DNA of 64,000 nucleotides, taken from assembly GCA_002938205.1 (NCBI GenBank), contig PTKZ01000003.1, positions 23,667-87,666 on the forward strand, given 5' to 3'. Shown here piece by piece: positions 42,627 to 50,048 of the stretch. The notes beneath the pieces were generated by a model that saw only the letters and a program-made list of their open reading frames with translations, made no database searches and had not been told where the DNA came from. The stretch comes from Alphaproteobacteria bacterium MarineAlpha5_Bin5. Its GTDB lineage: Bacteria > Pseudomonadota > Alphaproteobacteria > HIMB59 > GCA-002718135. Every line of letters begins with the position of its first letter. The stretch's first letter is position 1. Position numbers and translations under genes: made by a program.

Positions 42627-43253
42627 AAAATGTTTAAGTTTCTTTGTAGAAATAATATTTTGATTATTCTTTAAACTTCTAGAAACATCAATCCCATCAG
42701 GCCTTAATAAATTAATAATTTCTTTCGCTTTTTGTTCATTTATTCCACCACCAATGAAAACTGGTATTGAAAGATTTTGAATTAGTTGAATTTGATCCAA
42801 ACATTTTAAGAGAGAATAAGTTTTAATAGTTTTTTTTCTATAAACATTCATGTCATAATAAATGACATTAACAATTTCTTTTACATCTTTAAAGTATTTA
42901 ATATTAAAATTTTCTGGGTTAACAGAAATACCAATTTTTAATCTTTTAAATGTTTTTTTTAAAATGTGTAATTCTTGTTTTGTAAAATGATAAGAACAAG
43001 AAATTGCTTTTGGTTTTGTATAGTCTATTTGTTTAATCAATTGATCGAGTGAAACATACCGAGTAAGAAGCACTGATTCAATTTTATAATTTTTGCATTC
43101 TTTTATTAATAATTTTATTTTTTTATCATTAGCTGTATTGGGTCCCGGAAGGTTATTACTTGCAAACCCTAAAGATTTTATTTTATTTTTATAAGCAGTT
43201 TTAACTGATTTAGTATTCGTTATACCGCATATTTTAAGAGATATTTTTTTCAT
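42603..43253 (-). CDS. trpF: Phosphoribosylanthranilate isomerase-like (TrpF family), divergent
   Basis: 216 aa with LKICGIT at the N-terminus, FIGGGIN and RPDGIDVS near the C-terminus. It is extremely AT-rich and divergent. It is convergent with folK and overlaps it by 24 nt. Confidence 0.55.
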   Translation of the reverse strand: MKKISLKICGITNTKSVKTAYKNKIKSLGFASNNLPGPNTANDKKIKLLIKECKNYKIESVLLTRYVSLDQLIKQIDYTKPKAISCSYHFTKQELHILKKTFKRLKIGISVNPENFNIKYFKDVKEIVNVIYYDMNVYRKKTIKTYSLLKCLDQIQLIQNLSIPVFIGGGINEQKAKEIINLLRPDGIDVSRSLKNNQNIISTKKLKHFLNEIAVA

Positions 43254-43310
43254 TATTATAATATTAATTTATTATTATTTTTTAGTTAATATAGCACTAA
43301 TTTTTTTTAC

Positions 43311-43727
43311 ATGATAAACAAGCCTATGATTTCAGAAAATTTTGACAAACTGTTTAAAGTAGCAAAAGATGTTAGAGATAAAGCTCATGTTCCTTACTCA
43401 AAATTTAAAGTAGGTGCAGCATTCTTAACAGAGGACAATACAATTATTTCAGGTTGTAATGTTGAAAATGCTGCTTACCCCCAATCACAGTGTGCCGAAG
43501 CAAGTGCGATTGGCAACCTTGTAGCAAATGGTTTTAAAAAAATAAAAGAAGTTGTAGTTATAGGTTCTGGCGATTTATTATGCTCTCCTTGTGGTGGATG
43601 TAGACAGCGACTAAGGGAATTTGCATCTCTAGATGTTAATATTCATATGTGTAATACAAATGGACATATTAAAACATCAACTCTGGAAGAGTTGCTACCT
43701 GACTCGTTTGGTCCTGAAAATTTATAA
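43311..43727 (+). CDS. cdd: Cytidine deaminase
   Basis: 138 aa with the zinc motifs CAE (QCAEASAI) and PCGGCRQ. Confidence 0.92.
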   Translation: MINKPMISENFDKLFKVAKDVRDKAHVPYSKFKVGAAFLTEDNTIISGCNVENAAYPQSQCAEASAIGNLVANGFKKIKEVVVIGSGDLLCSPCGGCRQRLREFASLDVNIHMCNTNGHIKTSTLEELLPDSFGPENL

Positions 43728-44554
43728 TGCACGATTCCTCAAAATTTTTTATAGAAAAAACTAATACCAATCCTGATATTGCAATTATATTAGGAAGTGG
43801 TTTAACAAATTTTTTTGATACCAAAAATATTATTGCGGAAATACCATACACGGATTTACCAGATTTCCCCCAACCTACTGTAAAAGGGCATGCCGGAAAA
43901 TTGGTATTAGGTGATGTAGCAGGAATAAAAACAGTTTGTATGTATGGACGCTCTCATATTTATGAAGGTCATCAACCTAATGATTTAGCAAAACCAATTC
44001 GAGTGTTAAAAGATATTGGTTGTAAACTTTTAATTGTAACTAATGCAGCGGGTAGTTTAGATGAAAATATGCCAGCTGGAAGTTTAATGGCAATATCAGA
44101 TCATATTAACTGGAGCGGTTATAATCCATTGATTGGTAAAAACTACGATGATTATGGGCCGCGTTTTCACGACATGAGTGATGGATATCATAAATATTAT
44201 CGTGACCAATTAATTAGTACAGCGAAGAAAATTAACCAAAAAATTTATGAAGGGATTTATTGTATGTATTCAGGACCAAATTTTGAAACTCCTGCAGAAA
44301 TAAATGCGCTAAAAGTTATTGGTGGTAATGCAGTTGGCATGTCCACTGTTCCTGAAGTATTGGTTGCTAATCACTGTGATCTTCCAGTGATAGCAGTAAG
44401 TGTAATTACAAATTTAGCAGCCGGTATGAATAAAACTAAACTCAGTCATAAAGAAACACTCGAAAACGCAAGTTTGGCAGAAAAAAATATTCTAAATTTA
44501 ATTAAGCAATTTATTGAAGAAGTGACATTTGATGATTCCTCAAGAAATAATTAG
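43727..44554 (+). CDS. punA: Purine nucleoside phosphorylase (trimeric PNP/PunA-type)
   Basis: 275 aa with ILGSGL, GRSH.YEG, SGPNFETPAE and GMSTVPE. Confidence 0.88.
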   Translation: MHDSSKFFIEKTNTNPDIAIILGSGLTNFFDTKNIIAEIPYTDLPDFPQPTVKGHAGKLVLGDVAGIKTVCMYGRSHIYEGHQPNDLAKPIRVLKDIGCKLLIVTNAAGSLDENMPAGSLMAISDHINWSGYNPLIGKNYDDYGPRFHDMSDGYHKYYRDQLISTAKKINQKIYEGIYCMYSGPNFETPAEINALKVIGGNAVGMSTVPEVLVANHCDLPVIAVSVITNLAAGMNKTKLSHKETLENASLAEKNILNLIKQFIEEVTFDDSSRNN

Positions 44555-45845
44555 AAAAAAAAGAAATAATCATCCTTTATCAAAAGAAGAAATCAATACT
44601 TTCGTTCAAGGCCTAACTGATAATTCTTTTTCTGAAGCACAAATTGCAGCAATGAGTATGGCAATTTTATTAAATGGGATGAACGCCGAAGAAACAGTAT
44701 TTATGACTGATGCAATGACCAAGTCAGGCGATACATTGGATTGGTCAAAAATAGTTGATAATAATTTAGTATGCGATAAGCATTCAACAGGAGGTGTGGG
44801 AGATAAAACCAGTTTAGTTTTAGCACCAATATTAGCATCATGTGGTTTATTTGTGCCAATGATATCAGGGAGAGGGCTAGGTCATACAGGTGGTACACTA
44901 GATAAATTTGATTCTATTCCAGGTTATAATACAAGTCCTGACTTAGATACTTTTAAAAGAGTAGTGAAAGAAGTTGGGTGTGCAATAATTGGTCAGACTG
45001 ATAATTTGGCACCAGCAGATAAAAAATTATATTCTATCCGTGATGTTGTGGGAACAGTAGAGTCTCTTCCTTTAATTACATCATCAATATTATCAAAAAA
45101 AATTGCCTCCGGCTTAAAGACGTTGATATTAGATGTAAAAGTAGGAAATGGATCATTCAATAGCACTATGGAAGTGTCCAATAAATTGGCTAACTCACTT
45201 GTTAATGTTGCTAATGGGGCGGGACTTAAATGTGAAGCAATTATTACAGATATGAACCAAGTTCTTGGAAGAAGCGCTGGTCATACATTAGAAGTAATTG
45301 AGTGTATTGAATACTTAACAACTTCAAATAAAAATAAACGCCTTGAAGTTATCGTTAATAGTCTGGCAGCCTCTATTTTAATGATGGTTTATGACATATC
45401 AAAAGAAGAGTCGTTAAGCAGAATTAATGAAGTTATTTCAAATGGAAAAGCAGCCGAAAGATTTGAAAAAATGATTACTGCACTTGGAGGCCCTTCTTCA
45501 TTTTTGACAACTTATAAGACAGATCTTAAAAATAACTGTTTGAAAGAAGATATTTTTATAAACAAACAGGGCTTTATAAAAGAAATTAAAACCAGAGAGC
45601 TCGGATTACTTTTAATAGAGCTTGGTGGTGGAAGAAAGCAGACAACCGATCAAATTAATCATAATGTTGGTTATGATAATGTGTTGGGTGTAGGAGAGCA
45701 GGTAGATGCTTCAACACCAATTTTAAATCTTTATTCTAAAAGCGATCAAGATTGTGATGAGATTAAAGAAAAAATTAAAGAGTGTTTTATTATTACAGAA
45801 TCAGAAGTGACAAAACCAAAAGAAATTTACAAAGTTATTAATTAA
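44529..45845 (+). CDS. deoA: Thymidine/pyrimidine-nucleoside phosphorylase
   Basis: 438 aa with IIRKKRN...L..EEI..F and DKHSTGGVGDKTSL. It overlaps the PNP gene by 26 nt. Confidence 0.93.
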   Translation: MMIPQEIIRKKRNNHPLSKEEINTFVQGLTDNSFSEAQIAAMSMAILLNGMNAEETVFMTDAMTKSGDTLDWSKIVDNNLVCDKHSTGGVGDKTSLVLAPILASCGLFVPMISGRGLGHTGGTLDKFDSIPGYNTSPDLDTFKRVVKEVGCAIIGQTDNLAPADKKLYSIRDVVGTVESLPLITSSILSKKIASGLKTLILDVKVGNGSFNSTMEVSNKLANSLVNVANGAGLKCEAIITDMNQVLGRSAGHTLEVIECIEYLTTSNKNKRLEVIVNSLAASILMMVYDISKEESLSRINEVISNGKAAERFEKMITALGGPSSFLTTYKTDLKNNCLKEDIFINKQGFIKEIKTRELGLLLIELGGGRKQTTDQINHNVGYDNVLGVGEQVDASTPILNLYSKSDQDCDEIKEKIKECFIITESEVTKPKEIYKVIN

Positions 45846-46502
45846 ATGAGTAATCAGGTTTCTATTGATGCAGAACTAGTTAAATATTTACAAGCAACAG
45901 GATATCGTTCAGATCCAGTAATAGATAAATTGGTCGATGAAACTTTGGCACTTGGGAATCTATCTTCTATGCAGATTGCTCCTGAGCAAGGTCAATTTTT
46001 AGAAATTATTGTAAAAATTCTTAACGCAAATTCTTGTTTAGAGATTGGAAGATTTACAGGATTAAGCTCACTTTGTATTGCAAGAGGATTACCAGAGAGA
46101 GGAAAATTAATTACCATTGATAACTCAGATGAATTTTTATCGATGGCAGAAAAATATTGGAAGATGGCTAAACAAGAAACCAAAATTGAATCGATAATCG
46201 GAGACGGCGTTGATGTTTTACAAAGCATGATAGACCGGCAGCAAAGTTTTGACTTTGTTTTTATTGATGCAGATAAAAATAACTATCCTCATTATTATGA
46301 ATTATCGCTCAAGCTATTAAAACCTAATGGTATTTTAATAATTGATAATATGTTGTGGCACGGAGATGTAGCTGATGAAAATAAAACTGACAAGCAAACA
46401 AAAACTATTAGAGCATTAAATAAAAAAATTCAAACAGATGAAAGAATTAATTTTTCATTATTGCCTCTTTCGGACGGATTATCTTTTATAAGAAAAAAAT
46501 AA
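45846..46502 (+). CDS. Class I SAM-dependent O-methyltransferase (caffeoyl-CoA OMT-like)
   Basis: 218 aa with LEIGRFTGLSSL (SAM motif I), FDFVFIDADK and DN.LW.G. Its start codon immediately follows the deoA stop. Confidence 0.8.
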   Translation: MSNQVSIDAELVKYLQATGYRSDPVIDKLVDETLALGNLSSMQIAPEQGQFLEIIVKILNANSCLEIGRFTGLSSLCIARGLPERGKLITIDNSDEFLSMAEKYWKMAKQETKIESIIGDGVDVLQSMIDRQQSFDFVFIDADKNNYPHYYELSLKLLKPNGILIIDNMLWHGDVADENKTDKQTKTIRALNKKIQTDERINFSLLPLSDGLSFIRKK

Positions 46503-46507
46503 ACATT

Positions 46508-46535
46508 CTTGAAATTATTGTATTGATACCTATAT
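46508..46535 (+). promoter_or_regulatory. Sigma-32-type promoter upstream of the Hsp20 gene
   Basis: CTTGAAA...(CTTG-N17)...CCTATAT fits CTTG-N17-CYTATNT exactly. It lies 60 nt upstream of the ATG. Confidence 0.6.
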
Positions 46536-46575
46536 AATTTATGTCGGTATGCCATTGTGGGTGCTGACATTTAAC

Positions 46576-46598
46576 TTGCTTAATAAGGAGTTTTTATG
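46576..46598 (+). promoter_or_regulatory. Candidate ROSE-like RNA thermometer hairpin masking the Shine-Dalgarno of the Hsp20 gene
   Basis: UUGCU (46576-46580) lies 5 nt upstream of AGGAG (46586-46590). Antiparallel pairing gives U:G, U:A, G.G, C:G and U:A, which is the U(U/C)GCU-versus-SD arrangement of ROSE elements. A second imperfect hairpin lies at about 46543-46568. Confidence 0.4.
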
Positions 46599-47033
46599 AC
46601 AAGAAACCTATCCGTATGGAATTCACTAAGACCGTTTTCAGTAGGATTTGACTCAATTTTTGAAGAATTTGATAAAATGTTAGATTCTTCAGAGCGCTAT
46701 AATTCAAATTATCCACCTTATAATATCCATCGTTCAGATGAGAATAATTATAAAATAGAAGTAGCTCTAGCCGGCTATAGCAAGGATGATATTGAAGTTG
46801 AACTTAAAGATAGCACATTAACTGTGAGGAACAAACAACAAGAAAAAGTTGTGAATCAAAATGGCAATGATGTTATTCATAAAGGCATATCAACAAGACA
46901 ATTTGAAAGAGCATTTACAATTTCAGAAGATATTAAAATTAAAAATGCTGAACTAAAAAATGGTCTGTTAAATATCAATTTGGAGCGCATAATCCCTGAA
47001 GAAAAAAAGGCACGGTTAATAGAAATTAAATAA
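46596..47033 (+). CDS. ibpA: Small heat shock protein (Hsp20/IbpA family)
   Basis: 145 aa with an alpha-crystallin domain: PPYNI...Y.IEVALAGYSKDDIEVEL.D..L.V and F.RAF.L. Confidence 0.9.
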   Translation: MTRNLSVWNSLRPFSVGFDSIFEEFDKMLDSSERYNSNYPPYNIHRSDENNYKIEVALAGYSKDDIEVELKDSTLTVRNKQQEKVVNQNGNDVIHKGISTRQFERAFTISEDIKIKNAELKNGLLNINLERIIPEEKKARLIEIK

Positions 47034-47050
47034 ATTAGAATTATTCTAAA
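47034..47050. promoter_or_regulatory. Irr/ICE-box-like perfect palindrome
   Basis: The sequence is ATTAGAATTATTCTAAA. Its core, TTAGAAT-T-ATTCTAA, is a perfect 7-1-7 inverted repeat and matches TTTAGAA-N3-TTCTAAA. Confidence 0.55.
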
Positions 47051-47067
47051 TAGATTTAATAAGGATA

Positions 47068-47096
47068 GGGGCCCAAAGTGGCCCCATTTTTATTTT
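47068..47096 (+). terminator. Rho-independent terminator after the Hsp20 gene
   Basis: GGGGCC (47068-47073) pairs with GGCCCC (47080-47085) around a 6-nt loop. ATTTTTATTTT follows. Confidence 0.75.
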
Positions 47097-47097
47097 A

Positions 47098-47125
47098 TTG
47101 GAAAATTATAAAAGTAAACTATAAT
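47098..47125 (+). promoter_or_regulatory. Sigma-70-like promoter, possibly producing a leaderless mRNA
   Basis: The sequence is TTGGAA-N16-TATAAT. The -10 element ends 6 nt before the ATG at 47132. AT-rich DNA makes chance matches likely. Confidence 0.35.
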
Positions 47126-47131
47126 TAATAT

Positions 47132-47833
47132 ATGAGGTTAAGTTTAATTATTATTTTTTTATTTAGCTCCAATCTATTTGCTCATCAGCCAAAGTTAATT
47201 AATTATTCACCTTCTTTAGATAATCCTCATCAGGTTATAGATCCAGAAATATCTAAAGCATATTATGGAAAGCTTAGTGGTGAACCACATTATTATATAA
47301 TTAATAGTGAAGAAGATTTTTTATTTTACACTGGTATTTTAAGTCCTAAAGTTGATGATGATTACTTATCGTTATCACTTGCTGTATATTCGATAAATGA
47401 AAAAAATAATAAAATATTAAAATTTTTTGCTGATGGTCAGAATTTTGAATGGGAAGCATGGTATGAACCGTATGCCAGAGATTGGTATTGGAAAGGGCCT
47501 GAAATAGGAGCCGAAGTAAATGAATATACAGGCTTTAAAAGAAGTTTTAATTTGTCTAAAGGTTCTTACTTAATACAAATTTTTAATAAGAATAATTTAG
47601 GTCATTACTCTCTTGCAGTTGGTGAAGCTGAATTTTTTGGGTCCAATGCATGGGAACAGATTTTAACATGGACTCCTATCCTTTTATATATTGGACCTTA
47701 TATGGATATAGTGCATTGGCAAAAATTTGATATTCGTGCGTATATTCCGCATATAGCTCTTGTAGTTTTAGTATTTCTAATTTATTTCATCATTAAAAAA
47801 TTATTCTTTAGAAAACAAAAAATGTTTGTATGA
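47132..47833 (+). CDS. Hypothetical exported/membrane-anchored protein with predicted N-terminal His after signal cleavage
   Basis: 233 aa. It has the signal peptide MRLSLIIIFLFSSNLFA followed by HQPK, and hydrophobic C-terminal segments (IPHIALVVLVFLIYFII). I recognise no family. It overlaps the hupE-like gene by 4 nt. Confidence 0.5.
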   Translation: MRLSLIIIFLFSSNLFAHQPKLINYSPSLDNPHQVIDPEISKAYYGKLSGEPHYYIINSEEDFLFYTGILSPKVDDDYLSLSLAVYSINEKNNKILKFFADGQNFEWEAWYEPYARDWYWKGPEIGAEVNEYTGFKRSFNLSKGSYLIQIFNKNNLGHYSLAVGEAEFFGSNAWEQILTWTPILLYIGPYMDIVHWQKFDIRAYIPHIALVVLVFLIYFIIKKLFFRKQKMFV

Positions 47834-48432
47834 AATTGAATTTAATTTTACTTTTTTCATCTATTTTATTTTTTACCTCTGCAGTTCAAGCACATACTTT
47901 TACTGGTATGGTAGGTTTTTATGATGGTCTTTCGCATCCAGTTTTGGGTATAGATCATTTTTTGGCAATGGTTAGTGTCGGTATTGTAAGCGCTCAAATA
48001 GGAGGAAGAGCAATTTGGACAATTCCTGCAACTTTTGTTTTAATGATGATTGTTGGCGGAATTATTGGCATGTTAGTTGAGGTTTTCTTTTTTGATTTAG
48101 AAGAATCCGCATTTATAGTTGTTGAATATGGAATAGTCTTTTCCGTCATATTATTGGGTTTAGCAATTGCTATAGAAAAAAAAATCGCCACTAATGTTAT
48201 AATGATTTTCATTTGCATTTTTGGACTGTGTCATGGATTAGCTCACGGAATGGAGATGCCATGGGCGGTTAATCCAATATTATTCGCACTTGGTTTTGCT
48301 TCTGGAACAGCCACGTTACATTTATTTGGTGTTGGAATCGGTAGCTTTGCAATTAAGAATAAATTTTCATCAATTGTTTTAAGGATTGTTGGATTCGGGT
48401 GTGTAGTTTTTGGAATATCATTATTAATTTAA
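47830..48432 (+). CDS. hupE: HupE/UreJ family metal transporter
   Basis: 200 aa. The signal peptide ends AVQA and is followed by HTFTG. It has GLSHPVLGIDHFLAMVSVG and several transmembrane segments. Confidence 0.8.
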   Translation: MKLNLILLFSSILFFTSAVQAHTFTGMVGFYDGLSHPVLGIDHFLAMVSVGIVSAQIGGRAIWTIPATFVLMMIVGGIIGMLVEVFFFDLEESAFIVVEYGIVFSVILLGLAIAIEKKIATNVIMIFICIFGLCHGLAHGMEMPWAVNPILFALGFASGTATLHLFGVGIGSFAIKNKFSSIVLRIVGFGCVVFGISLLI

Positions 48433-48433
48433 A

Positions 48434-48450
48434 ATTAGAATAATTCTAAA
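48434..48450. promoter_or_regulatory. Irr/ICE-box-like perfect palindrome
   Basis: The sequence is ATTAGAATAATTCTAAA. It is identical to the 47034 copy except for the central base. It lies in the 194-nt gap upstream of the DUF4856-like/hydroxylase/fbpAB genes. Confidence 0.55.
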
Positions 48451-48626
48451 AATATCTTTTTTTTATTATTTTATTTTTGTTTTTTTATAAATAATTTTTT
48501 TTTATTATTTAAATATATAAAACTCTTTGACTTTTTACGAGTCTGTGGGAGCTAATTAAAGTAATTAAGTTTCTCTAATTTCGTTTTTTAGCTCTCGCAA
48601 AATAATTAATTTACTATGAGGAGATT

Positions 48627-49994
48627 ATGAAAAAAACTTTTATTCTTATTTTTACAATATTCATTTCTTTTAGTTTTGTAAAAACTTCACTAGCTGATGT
48701 TTATGGGCCTTACCCAATTACCTTACAGGGATATGATGGAGATAAAACAAATTCAGTTAAATATACTGGACAAATGGCAAGACATGCGCTTCATGATAGT
48801 TTGAAAGCATTAGTCAAAACAGGTGATGTTTCTAAAATGATGGCATATTATAATGGTGAGGATAATTTGGAAATTATTGCACCTAAATCAAAAGATGATT
48901 TTGTAGTTAAGCAAACTATGATTTCAGAAATTGGTAGCGGCAATCTTTCTGGAAAAATGTACAAAGGATATATACCTGGTTGGGGCAACTTAACTGGACC
49001 AGAAGCAATAGAACATATGATGACTAAGGCAGGAGAAGTTGAGGGTGGATTTGATCCTGATACAGGAATGGATTACACACAACTAATTTCTAAATTTGCT
49101 ATGGGTGCTGTTTTTTATAATCAAGCTGTAAACAACTACCTAGGTAAAAAAATGGAAATCGGTCAAAAACCAAATAATAAACCATACAAAGATGGAGCTT
49201 ACTACACAGGTAAAGAACATAGCTGGGACGAAGCTTTTGGTTATTGGGGTTCAGCGGCACACGCATTAACTCTAAATGCAGAAGAAAATTATAATGTTGC
49301 AAAGAAAAAAGACATGGCATCTGCAGACTACAATGGTGATGGTGTTGTCGATTTATATTCAGAGTATACTTATGCCCATGCTTATTATGCTTCTAGCTAT
49401 GATAAAGGTGGTAAAACAAATTATTTAGCTACAATTAATCAAGCATTTATTAATGGAAGAGAAATCATTCGTGATGCAGATGGACGAAATTTAAGTTTTG
49501 ATGAAAGAACTAAATTATTGGCTAAAAGAGATGTTATTAGAGATAATTGGCAAAAAGTAATTGCTGAATCTGTCTTTAAATATGCCGGCTCTACCTATAA
49601 AGATCTAGTTAAGCTTGAGACGATTATGGAAGCTAATGGCGATACAACAGAAGCATTTAGAACTTATGCAAAACATTGGGGTGAACTTAAAGGTTTTGCA
49701 CTAGCTTTACAGTGCGGTCCTGATGATCTTGGAGAAACAGCAGTGAAGATGAATCGTATGATGGGATTTGGTCCTGTTCTTCTAAATTCCTCTCAAGTCG
49801 TTGGTGTTGACTCTCAAGGTAATTTTATTAAAGATCAAGCGCAAGATTGGTCTGAGTTTAAACTTCATATGCTTAAAATTCAAAAACTTATGGAGGATGA
49901 ATTTGGTGTAACTGCAAAGTCAAAAGATATGCTTTCTGATATGGCAGATCTTTCAGGAAAAATTGGAAGCGCTGACTCAGCAGAAAATGACTAA
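48627..49994 (+). CDS. Periplasmic protein, DUF4856-like (function unknown)
   Basis: 455 aa with a signal peptide. The core block EHSWDEAFGYWGSAAH and the Ca-loop-like DYNGDGVVD are present. The family assignment is from memory of the motif, not from a search. Confidence 0.45.
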   Translation: MKKTFILIFTIFISFSFVKTSLADVYGPYPITLQGYDGDKTNSVKYTGQMARHALHDSLKALVKTGDVSKMMAYYNGEDNLEIIAPKSKDDFVVKQTMISEIGSGNLSGKMYKGYIPGWGNLTGPEAIEHMMTKAGEVEGGFDPDTGMDYTQLISKFAMGAVFYNQAVNNYLGKKMEIGQKPNNKPYKDGAYYTGKEHSWDEAFGYWGSAAHALTLNAEENYNVAKKKDMASADYNGDGVVDLYSEYTYAHAYYASSYDKGGKTNYLATINQAFINGREIIRDADGRNLSFDERTKLLAKRDVIRDNWQKVIAESVFKYAGSTYKDLVKLETIMEANGDTTEAFRTYAKHWGELKGFALALQCGPDDLGETAVKMNRMMGFGPVLLNSSQVVGVDSQGNFIKDQAQDWSEFKLHMLKIQKLMEDEFGVTAKSKDMLSDMADLSGKIGSADSAEND

Positions 49995-50007
49995 AAATAT
50001 GTATTTT

Positions 50008-50046
50008 ATTGGTGCGTTTATTAATTTAAATGCACCAATATTTTAA
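50008..50046 (+). terminator. Hairpin/possible attenuating terminator after the DUF4856-like gene
   Basis: ATTGGTGC (50008-50015) pairs with GCACCAAT (50032-50039) and ATTTTAATT follows. The loop of about 14-16 nt is large, so this is weak as a terminator. Confidence 0.35.
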
Positions 50047-50048
50047 TT

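Noticed and set aside
48616-48630. A mini-ORF, ATG AGG AGA TTA TGA (MRRL), overlapping the Shine-Dalgarno sequence and start codon of the DUF4856-like gene.
   Set aside because: It is most simply a by-product of the AGGAG Shine-Dalgarno followed by ATGA. There is no evidence for leader-peptide regulation.
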